Positions 12,742-24,279 of a stretch of DNA of 64,000 nt are shown in pieces; position 1 is the stretch's first letter, and each line of letters begins with the position of its first letter. A program made the position numbers and the translations under genes. The stretch lies in NCBI RefSeq assembly GCF_018350175.1, contig NC_058371.1, positions 112,282,001 through 112,346,000 on the forward strand. Reading direction: 5' to 3'. This stretch comes from Felis catus. Lineage: Eukaryota. The notes under the pieces are model-generated. The model was not told the origin of the DNA and made no database searches. It was given only the letters and a program-made list of their open reading frames with translations.

Positions 12742-12953
12742 TTTTTTTTTCAACTTTTATTTATTTTTGGGACAGAGAGAGACAGAGCATGAACGGGGGA
12801 GGGGCAGAGAGAGAGGGAGACACAGAATGGGAAACAGGCTCCAGGCTCTGAGCCATCAGCCCAGAGCCCGACGCGGGGCTCGAACTCCTGGACCGCGAGA
12901 TCGTGACCTGGCTGAAGTCGGACGCTTAACCGACTGCGCCACCCAGGCGCCCC
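12742..12953 (-). mobile_element. CanSINE, young SINEC_Fc type
   Basis: TSD CAGAATTTTTTAAA (12728-12741/12955-12968). Confidence 0.97.
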
Positions 12954-13307
12954 GCAGAATTTTTTAAAGGGAAATAGGTAACTGTGAAGTAGTAAGCCAA
13001 TAAATAAAGTGCAATCATAATTTACCATGCTAAAATTTGCCACTACTATATATGGGTAATATACAACTAGTGATAAGTAACATACAGCTCTCATGAAAAA
13101 GTATTAGCCTTTTTTCCTTCACAGGAACTGCATGATTCATTTTATTCTCTGTATGCATTTATATGATGAATTCTTATTGCAGAGTATGAGAAGTTTGATA
13201 TTCCCCTTATAAGACGTCCAGAAAAGAAACGTGCTAAAGTGTTCTTTGGACAGTTTTTTTTTACCCCCCTTCTAACTTTTTTATTTCGTTGTCATCCGGC
13301 TGTAAGC

Positions 13308-13552
13308 TATCCCAAGGATAAAAAAGTTTCTTGCGAGAACCCGAAAGGACGGCTCTGACAGCTAGGAGCACAGAGATGTAAGTTATCACATACTTTGCCG
13401 AGTAGGCCGTCTCTTAGCCCATAGCTGATGAAATGCCATCGTGCAGTGAGAGTCGGTGGGTTCCCTTGCCGTAGATTACACTGCACTGATTCTGTTTTGC
13501 TTTTGGTCAAATGCCAAAGCAATGCATCTCGCAACAAGAAAGCGGTGCCGCT
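13308..13552. other. CpG-retaining unique element with nested inverted repeats (candidate structured RNA or conserved element)
   Basis: About 13 CpGs in about 265 bp against an AT-rich background; outer stem 13331-13338/13527-13534 encloses three hairpins. Confidence 0.4.
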
Positions 13553-13959
13553 AATTAAAACAACATAGTCAATCCTAACATATGCAAAAGGAAATAAATA
13601 TTTAAATAAACATGGATTTGATAAAGATCGTCATGATTAAAATTATACAAAGCAAAATGAAGGCCTTATAAGAATAGTGAATTCTCTCCCCAAAATCTCC
13701 CATCTTAACTCGGTTGAGAAGGTATTTAACTAACAGAATATTTAAAGGTAAATAGGACAGTAAATATGAAATAACAAAGTAGACAAAATAAAATAAAGTA
13801 TTCATATAATCAAGTCATTTTTGTCTTAAAATACGGCTCACTGACATTCTTTTAAATATCTTTCCTATGAAATTTAGAGTATAATTTTTTATTTTACATA
13901 TGTGAAATTATGGTCTAATTAATTATGAGATCATACATTTGTGAAGTTCTATTTTAGTT

Positions 13960-14780
13960 TATTCAACATAGGTACAGAGGACGACTATGCCAGGATGGAG
14001 TTAAAAGGACGAAAAATGCAAACACTTTCCCTTCCCTTGATAGAGCCTAATAGTTCGGTGAAGGCCAGTGGTACAATGAGAGAAACAAAAAGAGAATAAA
14101 TAAACAAATGAATAGGGAAGAAAACTATCAAATGTGATTGAAGAAAGTTAACTGTACTTGCAATAGATAATGTTGGAGGAAACCTACTACAGACAGGGTG
14201 ATCAGGAAAGTTTCAATAAGAGGTGACATCAAAGCTGAGCCCTGAAGGATGCGGAGGATATGGTCACACAAAGGATAAGAGAGAGGGGCGCCTGGGTGGC
14301 TTAATTGGTTAAGCGTCCAACTCTTGATTTCAGCTCAGGTCATGATCTCGAAGTTCATGAGTTCCAGCCTTGCATCAGGTTCTGTGCTGACANNNNNNNN
14401 NNNNNNNNNNNNNNNNNNNNNNNNNNNNNNNNNNNNNNNNNNNNNNNNNNNNNNNNNNNNNNNNNNNNNNNNNNNNNNNNNNNNNNNNNNNNNNNNNNNN
14501 NNNNNNNNNNNNNNNNNNNNNNNNNNNNNNNNNNNNNNNGAGACATAAAGCCACAGAGACCAGTGAATGCAGGGCTTCCGAGAGAAGGGCTCAGAGTGGT
14601 TTTCCTAGGAACTGAAAAAAGTCACTGGGGATAAATCTGAGAACAGGCCTGGAGAAGGAAAAGGAATTAGATATACAAACTCTGGAAGGAGATAGGACAA
14701 GGGTGATAGTAGTAGAAGGAGAGCAGATAGTTCTTAAAGAAATATTTGGAAGTTAGAATTAATAAGATAGGACTGTGCTG
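13960..14780 (-). mobile_element. L2 relic, interrupted by a SINE
   Basis: L2-type blocks such as GAGGTGACATCAAAGCTGAGCCCTGAAGGATG. Confidence 0.6.
14285..14539 (+). mobile_element. CanSINE (SINEC_Fc3-like), 3' part in an N gap
   Basis: Head with CTCTTGATTTCAGCTCAGG. Confidence 0.9.
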
Positions 14781-15199
14781 TTAAAACCTTAGAGAACTTG
14801 GAGATTAGACCCAGAAAGATGAAATGCATTGACAAAGTCATGCAGATAATGACAGTGCTGGCACAAAATCCCAAGTGTCCCAAATCATACCCTTAAATGT
14901 CTTGTGTTACACCAACTGTTAGATTGTGTTTCCTTCTTACAGTATCTTTATTGCTGTATCGTCCTGAGAACTTAATCAAGATACATTTGTAAGTGTGCAT
15001 ATTCATATATATATATATATGAATAAATTGAATATAGGGTTCTAATCTTAACCAATCATAAACTTTTTCTTAGCTAAGAAAAGATAGATAGAACTCAGTG
15101 ACAGCTAATTTTTATTTTAAAAAAATGTCAGTGTTTTGGTTGCAGATATATTTGACACTGCAATTGTATACCTCATGTTTCTCAACAAGAACTCAATGG

Positions 15200-15926
15200 C
15201 AAGACTTCTAGTTGTCCACCAAAAACCCATTTTCCCCTCATCTTAGACACCTAAGTTCCCAGTTATATTACATTTCCCAGGCTCTCCTACAGTTAAACGT
15301 AGCCATGTACATGGGCGCCTGGGTGGCTCAGTCGGTGAGGCATCCGACTTTTGTAAGCTCAGGTCATGATCCCACAGTTGTGAGATCAAGCCTGTATTGG
15401 GCTCCATGCTGAGCATGGAACCTGCTTGGGATTCTCGCTCTCCCTCACTCTCTCNNNNNNNNNNNNNNNNNNNNNNNNNNNNNNNNNNNNNNNNNNNNNN
15501 NNNNNNNNNNNNNNNNNNNNNNNNNNNNNNNNNNNNNNNNNNNNNNNNNNNNNNNNNNNNNNNNNNNNNNNNNNNNNNNNNNNNNNNNNNNNNNNNCACC
15601 AATAGAATTGAAGAGAAATGATCCGTGTCACTTCTGGAACTAGCCCTTAAGGCATTGAGCTTGCTTCCTCTGTATTCTTATTCCCCTTGCCAGCAGTCTC
15701 AACAGGGATGTGGTAGTGATACAGCATAGTCCATGCAGATGGTGACAGCAACCTTAAAGCTATCAGAAAAATGACTTTAAGGGAACCTGAGTCCTAGAAT
15801 GAATACAAGGAGCAGAGCTTCCCAGCCATGTTGGAACTCTTAGGTGAGAAAGAAATAAAATTCCTTATGTTTAAGCCACTGTGTAATAGGATCTCTATAT
15901 TTCGGCAGCCAAGCTATATCCTAAAC
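15200..15926 (+). mobile_element. MaLR LTR (old MLT1 family), interrupted by a SINE
   Basis: TACATTTCCCAGGCTCTCCTACAGTTA...GAAAGAAATAAAATTCCTTATGTTTAAGCCACTG. Confidence 0.65.
15313..15560 (+). mobile_element. CanSINE (SINEC_Fc3-like); tail in an N gap, end approximate
   Basis: Head and start of the CT tract. Confidence 0.88.
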
Positions 15927-16784
15927 AGCAAAGACTCACAAATCTCTGCAAGTTGGAACAATTATACTTTTCATGTTGGAAGCAATCCTGAACCTTAATA
16001 AGGGGGAATATTAAGAGTCTTAATTGAGTAGTTCACTGGCTTTCTATCTGAGTGATATTTTCAGGATGTCCTGTTGGATGGGAGTGGAGGTAATTCTGAC
16101 ACATCCATTCATTCTCTGCTCCAACCCCTAACCCCTGCCCGCCACACACACATACATAAACATTGAGATCCATCGTTCTGTGTGGCTTTCCTAGGCAAAG
16201 GAGGTAGTTCTCAAATGGTTTGCCGTAATCCACCTTCTCGCAAAACCCTGTGTGCTTCAATCATTCCACAGATCTGAAGGTTGCATGAGAAATAAATATA
16301 CTTGTTAGGGCAATGCCTGTGAGATAGATCATCGAGCTGTGTAGGCTACGGGACACATTGGGCATACGTTACTGAGAGAAAGGCATAGACTAGCTTCGGT
16401 TAGGTGCCAGAACTGTGACTCAAGAGCATATGGGTGAGATCAGTGTAACAAATGATTACGCAGCCACAAGGTGCTGAAGGCAACCAAGTCACCAATGCCC
16501 GAATTGTGAATAGACTTCAGTCTCTTCAAAGCTGACAAAAGCTCTACTATTCAAAAGTATGTCAGGAAGAAAGCAACCAATGGTCAGAACCATTGGTTAG
16601 GGGTTCAATTCCTGGTTCAGTCAGTTGTGGCCAGCATAACAAGGTCACATGGCAACTTTCACAGCAGAGGACAACCCTGGCTATATTCCTCAGGGGGGTG
16701 GTTTTTGAGGTTCAGAGGCAGTTAGTAATCCACAAACTATCCAAGAGTAGGAACGGTAGCAGTACAGTAGCCTCGATCATAATA

Positions 16785-16985
16785 ATAAGAGCAAACATTT
16801 ACTGAGCACTTACCTAGTCCCAGGCACAGTGCCAAATGCTTTATATACACTAATTTAAGCTTTATATGACTTTATTATCCCCATTTCACAGCTGAAGAAA
16901 TTGAAGCTTAGGGACACTAATTGAGAGAACTAGTACCCAAATGGATGGGGTGACTCAAAAGCTTTATATTTAACTGAATTATACT
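16785..16985 (-). mobile_element. MIR
   Basis: ACATTTACTGAGCACTTAC...TTATCCCCATTTCACAGCTGAAGAAATTGAAGCT core. Confidence 0.8.
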
Positions 16986-17906
16986 GTGACCTTTATCAAG
17001 CCAGAGCATGGTCATACCCATATTTGTGACCCCAGAGCATCTAGCAGATAATGACCTGCATGCTGTCACGAACACACAACGGCCAGTTCATTGAAATAAT
17101 ACATCCAGGGCTTCTGTGGTTCGCTCTCCCTACCGTGACACTTGGAAACAATTTGCAAGGTGTTAAAGTGTCAACATGGTAAAACTTTAGTACAGTGTTC
17201 CAGACATACTTGTAGATTGGCGTCTTGTTTGCTAATTGGGGCAATGCCCAACTTAAATTGTACAATATGAATGTAAAGAGGATGGCAGCCTCGCGCATGC
17301 CCTGAAAGCAAACATCTTCACTCTTCTCCATACGTTTGGATTCCCCTCTCTCTGTCCACATGGATAATCACGGAAGAGGATGTTTCTGGTTTCTCTCTCT
17401 GACCCACTCTACCCTCCTATTCACTCCCACATTCAAAAGGATGCATTGCTAATCCAATTGACCAGAGTCTTCTATTCACTAGGTTTACTTACTAATGGGC
17501 AGGGGGACTCTGTCTCAAAAGCAGGAGCTGGGCTGCCCTGGCTTCTTCTTTAACCCTGCACACTGGGGAGCACATCTTCCCTGTTCTTGCCCTTCCCAGG
17601 TTCAGCCATGAGGCCACCTTGTCTTTTATGTCTCTGTGGGGTAAGCCGACTTGCTCTTGTGGGCACACCCTTGCCTTTCTGCTCTGTTTAGACCAAGCAT
17701 GGGATTTTAGCCTTTCATGTCTTCATGCAGGTAGTTCAACACACGGTTTCAGAGTCTATCTTACAGCTGCAAGAGAGCTACAGGCAAACCTGAATGTGTA
17801 GGTCCCAGAGTCAATGCAGGAAATCCCAAATCCAGCATTTGGAGAGAGTCCAGAATTTTGTCAGGTAGATAGTACTTGAACATATACTTTAAAGTGGTGC
17901 TTTTTT

Positions 17907-18132
17907 GGGGCGCCTGGGTGACGCAGTCGGTTAAGCGTCCGACTTCAGCCAGGTCACGATCTCGCGGTCCGGGAGTTCGAGCCCCGCGTTGGGCTCTGGG
18001 CTGACGGCTCAGAGCCTGGAGCCTGTTTCAGATTCTGTGTATCCCTCTCTCTGCCCCTCCCCCGTTCATGCTCTGTCTCTCTCTGTCCCAAAAATAAATA
18101 AACGTTGAAAAAAAAAATTAAAAAAAAAAAAA
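17907..18132 (+). mobile_element. CanSINE, young SINEC_Fc type
   Basis: TSD TAAAGTGGTGCTTTTTT (17890-17906/18133-18149). Confidence 0.97.
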
Positions 18133-18959
18133 TAAAGTGGTGCTTTTTTTTATATTTGATTCTTTACGTGTGGGTCCCCTGAATCAGAACTCCAAGCAGA
18201 GACCAGAGAGTATCACTGTAAACCCGAAACAACCTTTATAATTATTAAGGAGTAAGATTTATAGTTTTCCAAGCTGCCAATTCAGAAAAACTTCTGTAAT
18301 CCTTTGTTATGTTAATTTAGGCCGTGTCATCCTCAAAATAAATCCACATGACACTGTTTACTATGGTTGAAATTTCAATTACAAACAAGATACCTAGTCT
18401 AGGTAAACTAATATTGCAAATTCTACCACAAACTAAAAAATAGAATTAAGCAAAATCAGTTCTATTCATAGGTCAAATGTGTAAAAGTAGGAGAAGGAAA
18501 AAGAGAGGGATGGAGATTTAATTTTCATTCTCTCTAATCCCTAGCTAGCTATTCTGAATCCCAACATCGCTAAATACAACAATACAGCAGGGAAAAGTAA
18601 TGTTATGGTATGTTTTCTGTTATTTCCAGAAAACATATATAAATTGAAAATGAAAATTCCAAAAGAATACTAGGTCCCATACCACATGATATTTATTAAG
18701 GATATCTTAGGGAAAGTTTGGATATTCAGTTTCAACTTTTAAATATGCTTGATAAATATTTGCTGAAGATTGAAGAAATTAATATCTTGTGGTTTTATTC
18801 TTATGCCTAATGCCGCATTAAACACTGCTGTATACATATATAGGGCAGGCGTGGGGTTTTTTGCAGGGGGGGAGATGGGGCTAAATTTTACTATTGCTTA
18901 CTTGTACTATTAGTTACATTTCCAACGACAATGTATGTGAGTATGTATTTCCCTTCAAC

Positions 18960-20130
18960 CTTGCAAAGAAGAAAAAATTCTAAAGCAACACAAGAGAAAT
19001 TTAATTATCTAAAAATTTTAAGCTCTTGCATGCAAAAGTTGCAGTAACAAAGTTAAAAGAGAACCAAAGAGCTGAAAAAAAAGATATCTTCAATACTTAA
19101 TAGCAAAGGGTTATACTTTACATTTCAGACAAACAATCCAAATGAAATACAGGTGTAGCGTAGGAATATGTAATTCATAGAATGTATATACACACACCAA
19201 AAACCTTATGAAAGAGTAGTCAACTTCACTAATAATTTTTAAAACTACTAACTAAAACCATAATAATTTTTTCACCTTTCAGCATGGATTAAATTTCATA
19301 AGTTGATACAACCCATTAGTAAAGAGTGTAGAGAAATTTGGCTCATATGCTTGTCCTCCAAGTATAACACTACTAACATATAGTACTAACACTACTAACA
19401 TACTAACATATAACACAAAGTATATGCATTACTAACCAACTCAGCAATCTCACTTCTAAAAATCTATACTAAAGAAATAACGGAATAGATACTTAATGAG
19501 GGTTGGAGAAGAACAGTTTTTAGTAGCAAAAAAAAAAAGGTTGGGGCAATTTAAAGATCATTTTGAGGCGGGGTTAAATAAATGACTACAACAATAGGGT
19601 GGGATGTTTGGGAGTCATATATGTAAATACTTCCGATAAGTGAGTAGATATGATAACAGAGAATTGAGTGCAATTTACGGAAGCAGGAGTTCTGTCACCA
19701 AAAATGACCCAAATTCCGTTTTTTTTTTTCCCCAAACATAAGATGTGGCCCAAACCAAACAAAATGTATTATCTGCAGTTCATTTTCACCAGCAGGTCTC
19801 CAGACTTCGAGCTCTGAATTGGAATGAAATGTACTGGCCTAGAAAGATAGCTAATGATACAGTGTAAAAGGGAAAAAAGTAATTTGCCAAACCAATGAAT
19901 AGCATGATCAACTGTTCGGTAGATATGTATACATAGAAATGTCTATAAACACATGGGAAAAAGTTAAAAGGTACAGGTTAAAAGTGGATTACCTCCCTGT
20001 GCAGAATTAATGAAGCAGAGGAAGGGGAAAGGGTGACTTTCCCTTGTAACTTCATGTTGGTTCTTAAATTGTGTAATCCTGGGTATTTTGTATTTTGTGG
20101 TTTTTAGCATTTTCAGATACATTTTTAAAC
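18960..20130 (+). mobile_element. Old L1 (L1ME-like) 3' fragments
   Basis: A-rich, with L1 3' motifs (CAGCAATCTCACTTCTAAAAATCTATACTAAAGAAATA). Confidence 0.55.
19363..19436 (+). repeat. Degenerate tandem repeat containing five TACTAAC
   Basis: TACTAAC at 19371, 19384, 19393, 19401 and 19430. Confidence 0.9.
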
Positions 20131-20247
20131 AATAGAATTACTCCACAGAGGTTCACAAATAAAATTTTATGAAAAATAATAGAATTATGTTCAGGCTGAA
20201 GAGATAAAGTATATCTTCCTTAAATGTCAAAAGCTTTGGTTATTTCT

Positions 20248-20442
20248 TTTTTTAATATTTATTTATTTTTGAGAGAGAGACACACAAAGCACACTCTAGG
20301 AGAGGCAGACACAGAATCTGAAGCAGGATCCAGGCTCTGAGCTGTCGGCACAGTCCTGATGTGGGGCTTGAACTCACAAACTGTGAGATCATGACCTGAG
20401 CTGAAGTCAGACACTTAACCGAGTGAGCCACCCAGGCTCCCC
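20248..20442 (-). mobile_element. CanSINE
   Basis: TSD GTTATTTCT. Confidence 0.94.
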
Positions 20443-20634
20443 AGTTATTTCTAATTTGAGATAAACCTTTTACGATTAGTCAATCACTGGTCAAGTTTTT
20501 TTTTTTTTTCCCCCAAAGAAAAAATGTTGGAATTAAAGCACAAAATTAGCATATGTATTTAAGCACTGAATTTGCACCAAAGATTTCAGATTCAGGAAGG
20601 GAAAGGATGGAACAGCTAACAGTTTGGAAAGTTT

Positions 20635-20833
20635 GTGGTTTATTTAATGCTTATTTTTATTTTTGAGAGTGAGCATGAGCAGGGGAGGGGGACAGGGAGA
20701 GGGGGACAGAGGATCCGCAGCAGGTTCTAGTCTGTCAGCAAGGAGCCTGATGCGGGGCTCGAACTCACCAACCGTGAGATCACGACCTGAGCCAAAGTCA
20801 GATGCTCAACCCACTGAGCCACCCAGGTGCCCC
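20635..20833 (-). mobile_element. CanSINE
   Basis: TSD AACAGTTTGGAAAGTTT (20618-20634/20834-20850). Confidence 0.95.
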
Positions 20834-22520
20834 AACAGTTTGGAAAGTTTTGACAAGATTTTCCAATATGTAAGAAAGTTTAACTCAGTTTATCCACCAA
20901 AGCTAGCATATTTTCAGTTATGTTACCAATTCAGAGACTAGTTTGATCTAAGTGTCAAAGAAAACTATTTGAATGTAGCAATGTAAGATACAATTAAGTT
21001 CTGCTTCTGTCTACTGATAAAACTTGAACTTGGTGGTAGAACATCTTACATGAGCATTTGGGGTTTGAAGAAAAAACATTGACAAGGCACTCAAATTTGA
21101 AAGCAGTTGATTTTATATCGTATTATGATTTTGAGCATACTTGAGGCTAGCATTTAGAATTTGATATTTTTAATTCTTATGAAGTATGTGTGTGTTATGT
21201 TTGTGTATATGTGCCTGCATACCTTCTTTGGGACATTATACTATTCTGTCAGTCTACAGCCAAGTTGAATCTCAGGAAAGCATTATTATAAATACAGAAA
21301 GTTCTCTTAAAGAGATGGAAAGCAGGATTGATTTTGTTCTTCCAAGAACTTTGGAGTCTTTGGGCCCAAGCCATTTACACAGTTACTCAATTACATTCAG
21401 CCCTCTCAGTCAGGGGGTTGACTGTATTACCTATGGTCACCTAAACTGGCACCTAGGTTCAAAAGTAGAGCTAGAATCTCATGTGACAACTTAGGGCACA
21501 TAGTGAGGCCCTTAAAGGGACCCAGACAATTAAGCAACAAACACTGTTTCAACATCCATTATTAAATTAATTATTCTGAAAATTAAATATTGAAATATAA
21601 AGTGCTATGGCCAGTAATTTTATCTTGAAATCTTCAGGGAAACTCTATTCTTATTCAGATAAATTACCAGGAGCTTTATAAATTACGGGAAAAACCCGTG
21701 CACAGGAGTTCCAGGCATGCTGAGATCCACTCTGGGGCAGTCATCGTGGACCCTTGAGTACTGAAATAGCCTGGACTCAGGCAGGACTCAGAAGATGAAG
21801 GTTGATTTGCTGACATCAACAAACAAATTAGTAACACAGTGTGAAACTGGCAGAGATTCTCCTGTTTTAGTTTTTGCCATTTAGAGATTTCTCAAGCATG
21901 CTTACATGTGTAAAGGAAGAGATTTATTTTTCTTCTGTAGCTTTCCTGTAGGCTTTTGTTTGATGATTTTCCCAACTAAAAGTAGTCTTGCACTCTCCTG
22001 TGAAATTCCATTTCTGCATTTTCATTTTATCTCCCTCACAGTATAGCTTGTGTATATTTAGCATACATGATGCTCCGCTGCCCAAAACCCTGAGATGACC
22101 CCTCTCTATATTATGCGAAGAAAAAGCCAAAGTCCCCAGTTCTCTTTAACCTCATCCTAAATACTCTCTTCCTCGCCTGCCTTCACCTTACTCCTGTCAC
22201 CAGCCCCTGGCTATTCCTCAAACACCTCAGGCCTTTGCTTCAACTCTCAATTACTCTGCAGAATTTACTTAGAGAGTTACCCACCCACCCCCTGAAAAAA
22301 GTCTGTGTTAAGAAAAGGCATCCCCATATTAATAGAACTTGGGCATTTAGTGTCACCTCTGTTCCAACAGAGGAAGTCAAATCTATTTGATGCTTTGTCT
22401 ATGGAAGAGTCTATTAATTCTCAACCAACTGTGTGGATTCAGTAATATCATCGTAATAAATACAAGCAGGCATAGCTTTAATTAGCAAATCTAGTCATAG
22501 GTAACACAAATCATTTTTTT

Positions 22521-23275
22521 ACATCTTTTAAATTTTATCTTTGGTTGTGGTAAACCACATATAGCATAAAATTTCCCATGTTAGCCATTTTTAAGCGTAC
22601 CATTCAGTGCCAGGAAGTGTATTCACTTGTGGTGCTACCAACACCATCATCCGTCTCCAGAACTTTCTCATGTTCCCAAATTGAAACATTGTACCCAAGA
22701 AATAATAATTCCTCATTCCTCATTCCCCACAGCTCCTGACAATTATCATTCCACTTTCTGTCTCTATGGATTTGCCTCCTCTAGGTACCTCATATAAGTG
22801 GACTCATGCATTATGTGTCCTTTTGAGGCTGGCTTCTTGTACGTAGCATAATATCCTCAAAGTTTACCCATGTTGTAGGATGTGCCAGAATTTCCTTCCT
22901 TTTTAAGGTTGAATGGTATTCCATTATATGTGTACCCCACGTTTTGTTTATCTCTGAACCAGTGGACACATGGGTTGCTTACATCTTTTGGCTATTGTGA
23001 ATAATGCTGCTAAGAATATGAACATACAAATATCTCTTCAAAACCCTATTTTTCAACTCTTGGGGTAGATCCCAGAAGTGGATTTTCTAGATCACATGGT
23101 AATTCTATTTTCAATTTTTTGAAGAAGTGTCATTCTGTTTTCTTTACAGGCTGTATTCCATTTTACGTTCCCACCAACAGAGCACAAGGGTTCTGATTTT
23201 TCCATATCCTTCCCAACACCTGTTATTTCCTGTTTTTGTGATAGTAGTCATCCTCATGGGTGTGAGATAATGGAA
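22521..23275 (-). mobile_element. 5'-truncated LINE-1 3' end (L1MA/L1MB-like)
   Basis: Typical L1 3'UTR and ORF2 end; perfect TSD ACAAATCATTTTTTT (22506-22520/23276-23290). Confidence 0.92.
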
Positions 23276-23595
23276 ACAAATCATTTTTTTTCGACCAGAA
23301 AGAATATTTGCAGATTGATAATCTTTGCCATTACCTAAGTACTCAAGCTGACCATGTCTCAGCAAACATCAGAACAGAATTTGTGTTTCAGAAAGATTAG
23401 CTATTTTAAGCCATAGCCTAATGTTCTAAAATTATTAGGGGAAAAAATGTTTAAAATTATTAGAGGAAGATGCTAAGGACAAGTAATATAAAAATGGAAA
23501 TGATGATGAAAAAGTAAACTTAGAAATATTTAGGTGGTTTGAGACTGATGAAAAGCTTTGTCAAAATTCTAAAGCACCAAACAATTTGTCTTTTT

Positions 23596-23807
23596 ATTTT
23601 TTTTAATGTTTACTTATTTATATTTGAGAGAGAGAGAGAGAGTGAACAGGAGAGGGGCAGAGAGAGAGGTGGGGAGAGAATCCCAAGCAGGCTTCATGCT
23701 GTCAGCACAGAACCCAATGCAGGGCTTGAACCCATGAACCGTGAGATCATCACCTGAGCCAAAATCAAGAGTCAGAGGCTTAAACAACTGAACCACCCAA
23801 GCGCCCC
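23596..23807 (-). mobile_element. CanSINE (SINEC_Fc3-like)
   Basis: TSD-like AAACAATTTGTCTTTTT / AAACAACTATCTTTTT. Confidence 0.94.
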
Positions 23808-23847
23808 TAAACAACTATCTTTTTGTGGGTAAAAGGCAAAAAGTTAA

Positions 23848-24098
23848 GGGGGGCCTGGGTGGCTCAAGTCACTTAAGTGTCCAACTCTTGATCTCTGCTC
23901 ACGTCAAGATATCATGATTTGTGAGTTCAACCTCACCTGGGGCTCTACACTGATGATGTGNNNNNNNNNNNNNNNNNNNNNNNNNNNNNNNNNNNNNNNN
24001 NNNNNNNNNNNNNNNNNNNNNNNNNNNNNNNNNNNNNNNNNNNNNNNNNNNNNNNNNNNNNNNNNNNNNNNNNNNNNNNNNNNNNNNNNNNNNNNNNN
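23848..24098 (+). mobile_element. CanSINE (SINEC_Fc3-like), 3' half in an N gap
   Basis: Head sequence; head-to-head with the previous SINE. Confidence 0.88.
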
Positions 24099-24279
24099 AT
24101 GTTAATATATCAGATATTTTGGGATTTTTTTTCTTTTGTATTTTTATTTTGCAGTGACTTGAATACTGTTACTCAATTATAATAATTTGAATGTTGTCGA
24201 TGTTTCAAAGATTATTTTTAATGTTTTAGTAGATGGTTATTTTCCTTTAAATATGTATTGTCAAAAGTGTTGCATCCTC

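Noticed and set aside
13340-13440. Hammerhead ribozyme (GAAA at 13343 and CTGATGA at 13425)
   Set aside because: A stem III can be drawn, but stems I and II flanking CUGAUGA do not pair.
13320-13552. HDV-like ribozyme, C/D snoRNA or miRNA interpretation of the structured element
   Set aside because: There is no P1.1 GG or suitable J4/2, the C-like and D-like boxes lack a terminal stem, and the arms match no miRNA I recognise.
16575-16620. B-box-like GGTTCAATTCC next to a 9-bp hairpin (AACCAATGG/CCATTGGTT), suggesting a tRNA or Pol III gene
   Set aside because: No cloverleaf or A-box is present, and the context resembles a decayed old MLT1 LTR.
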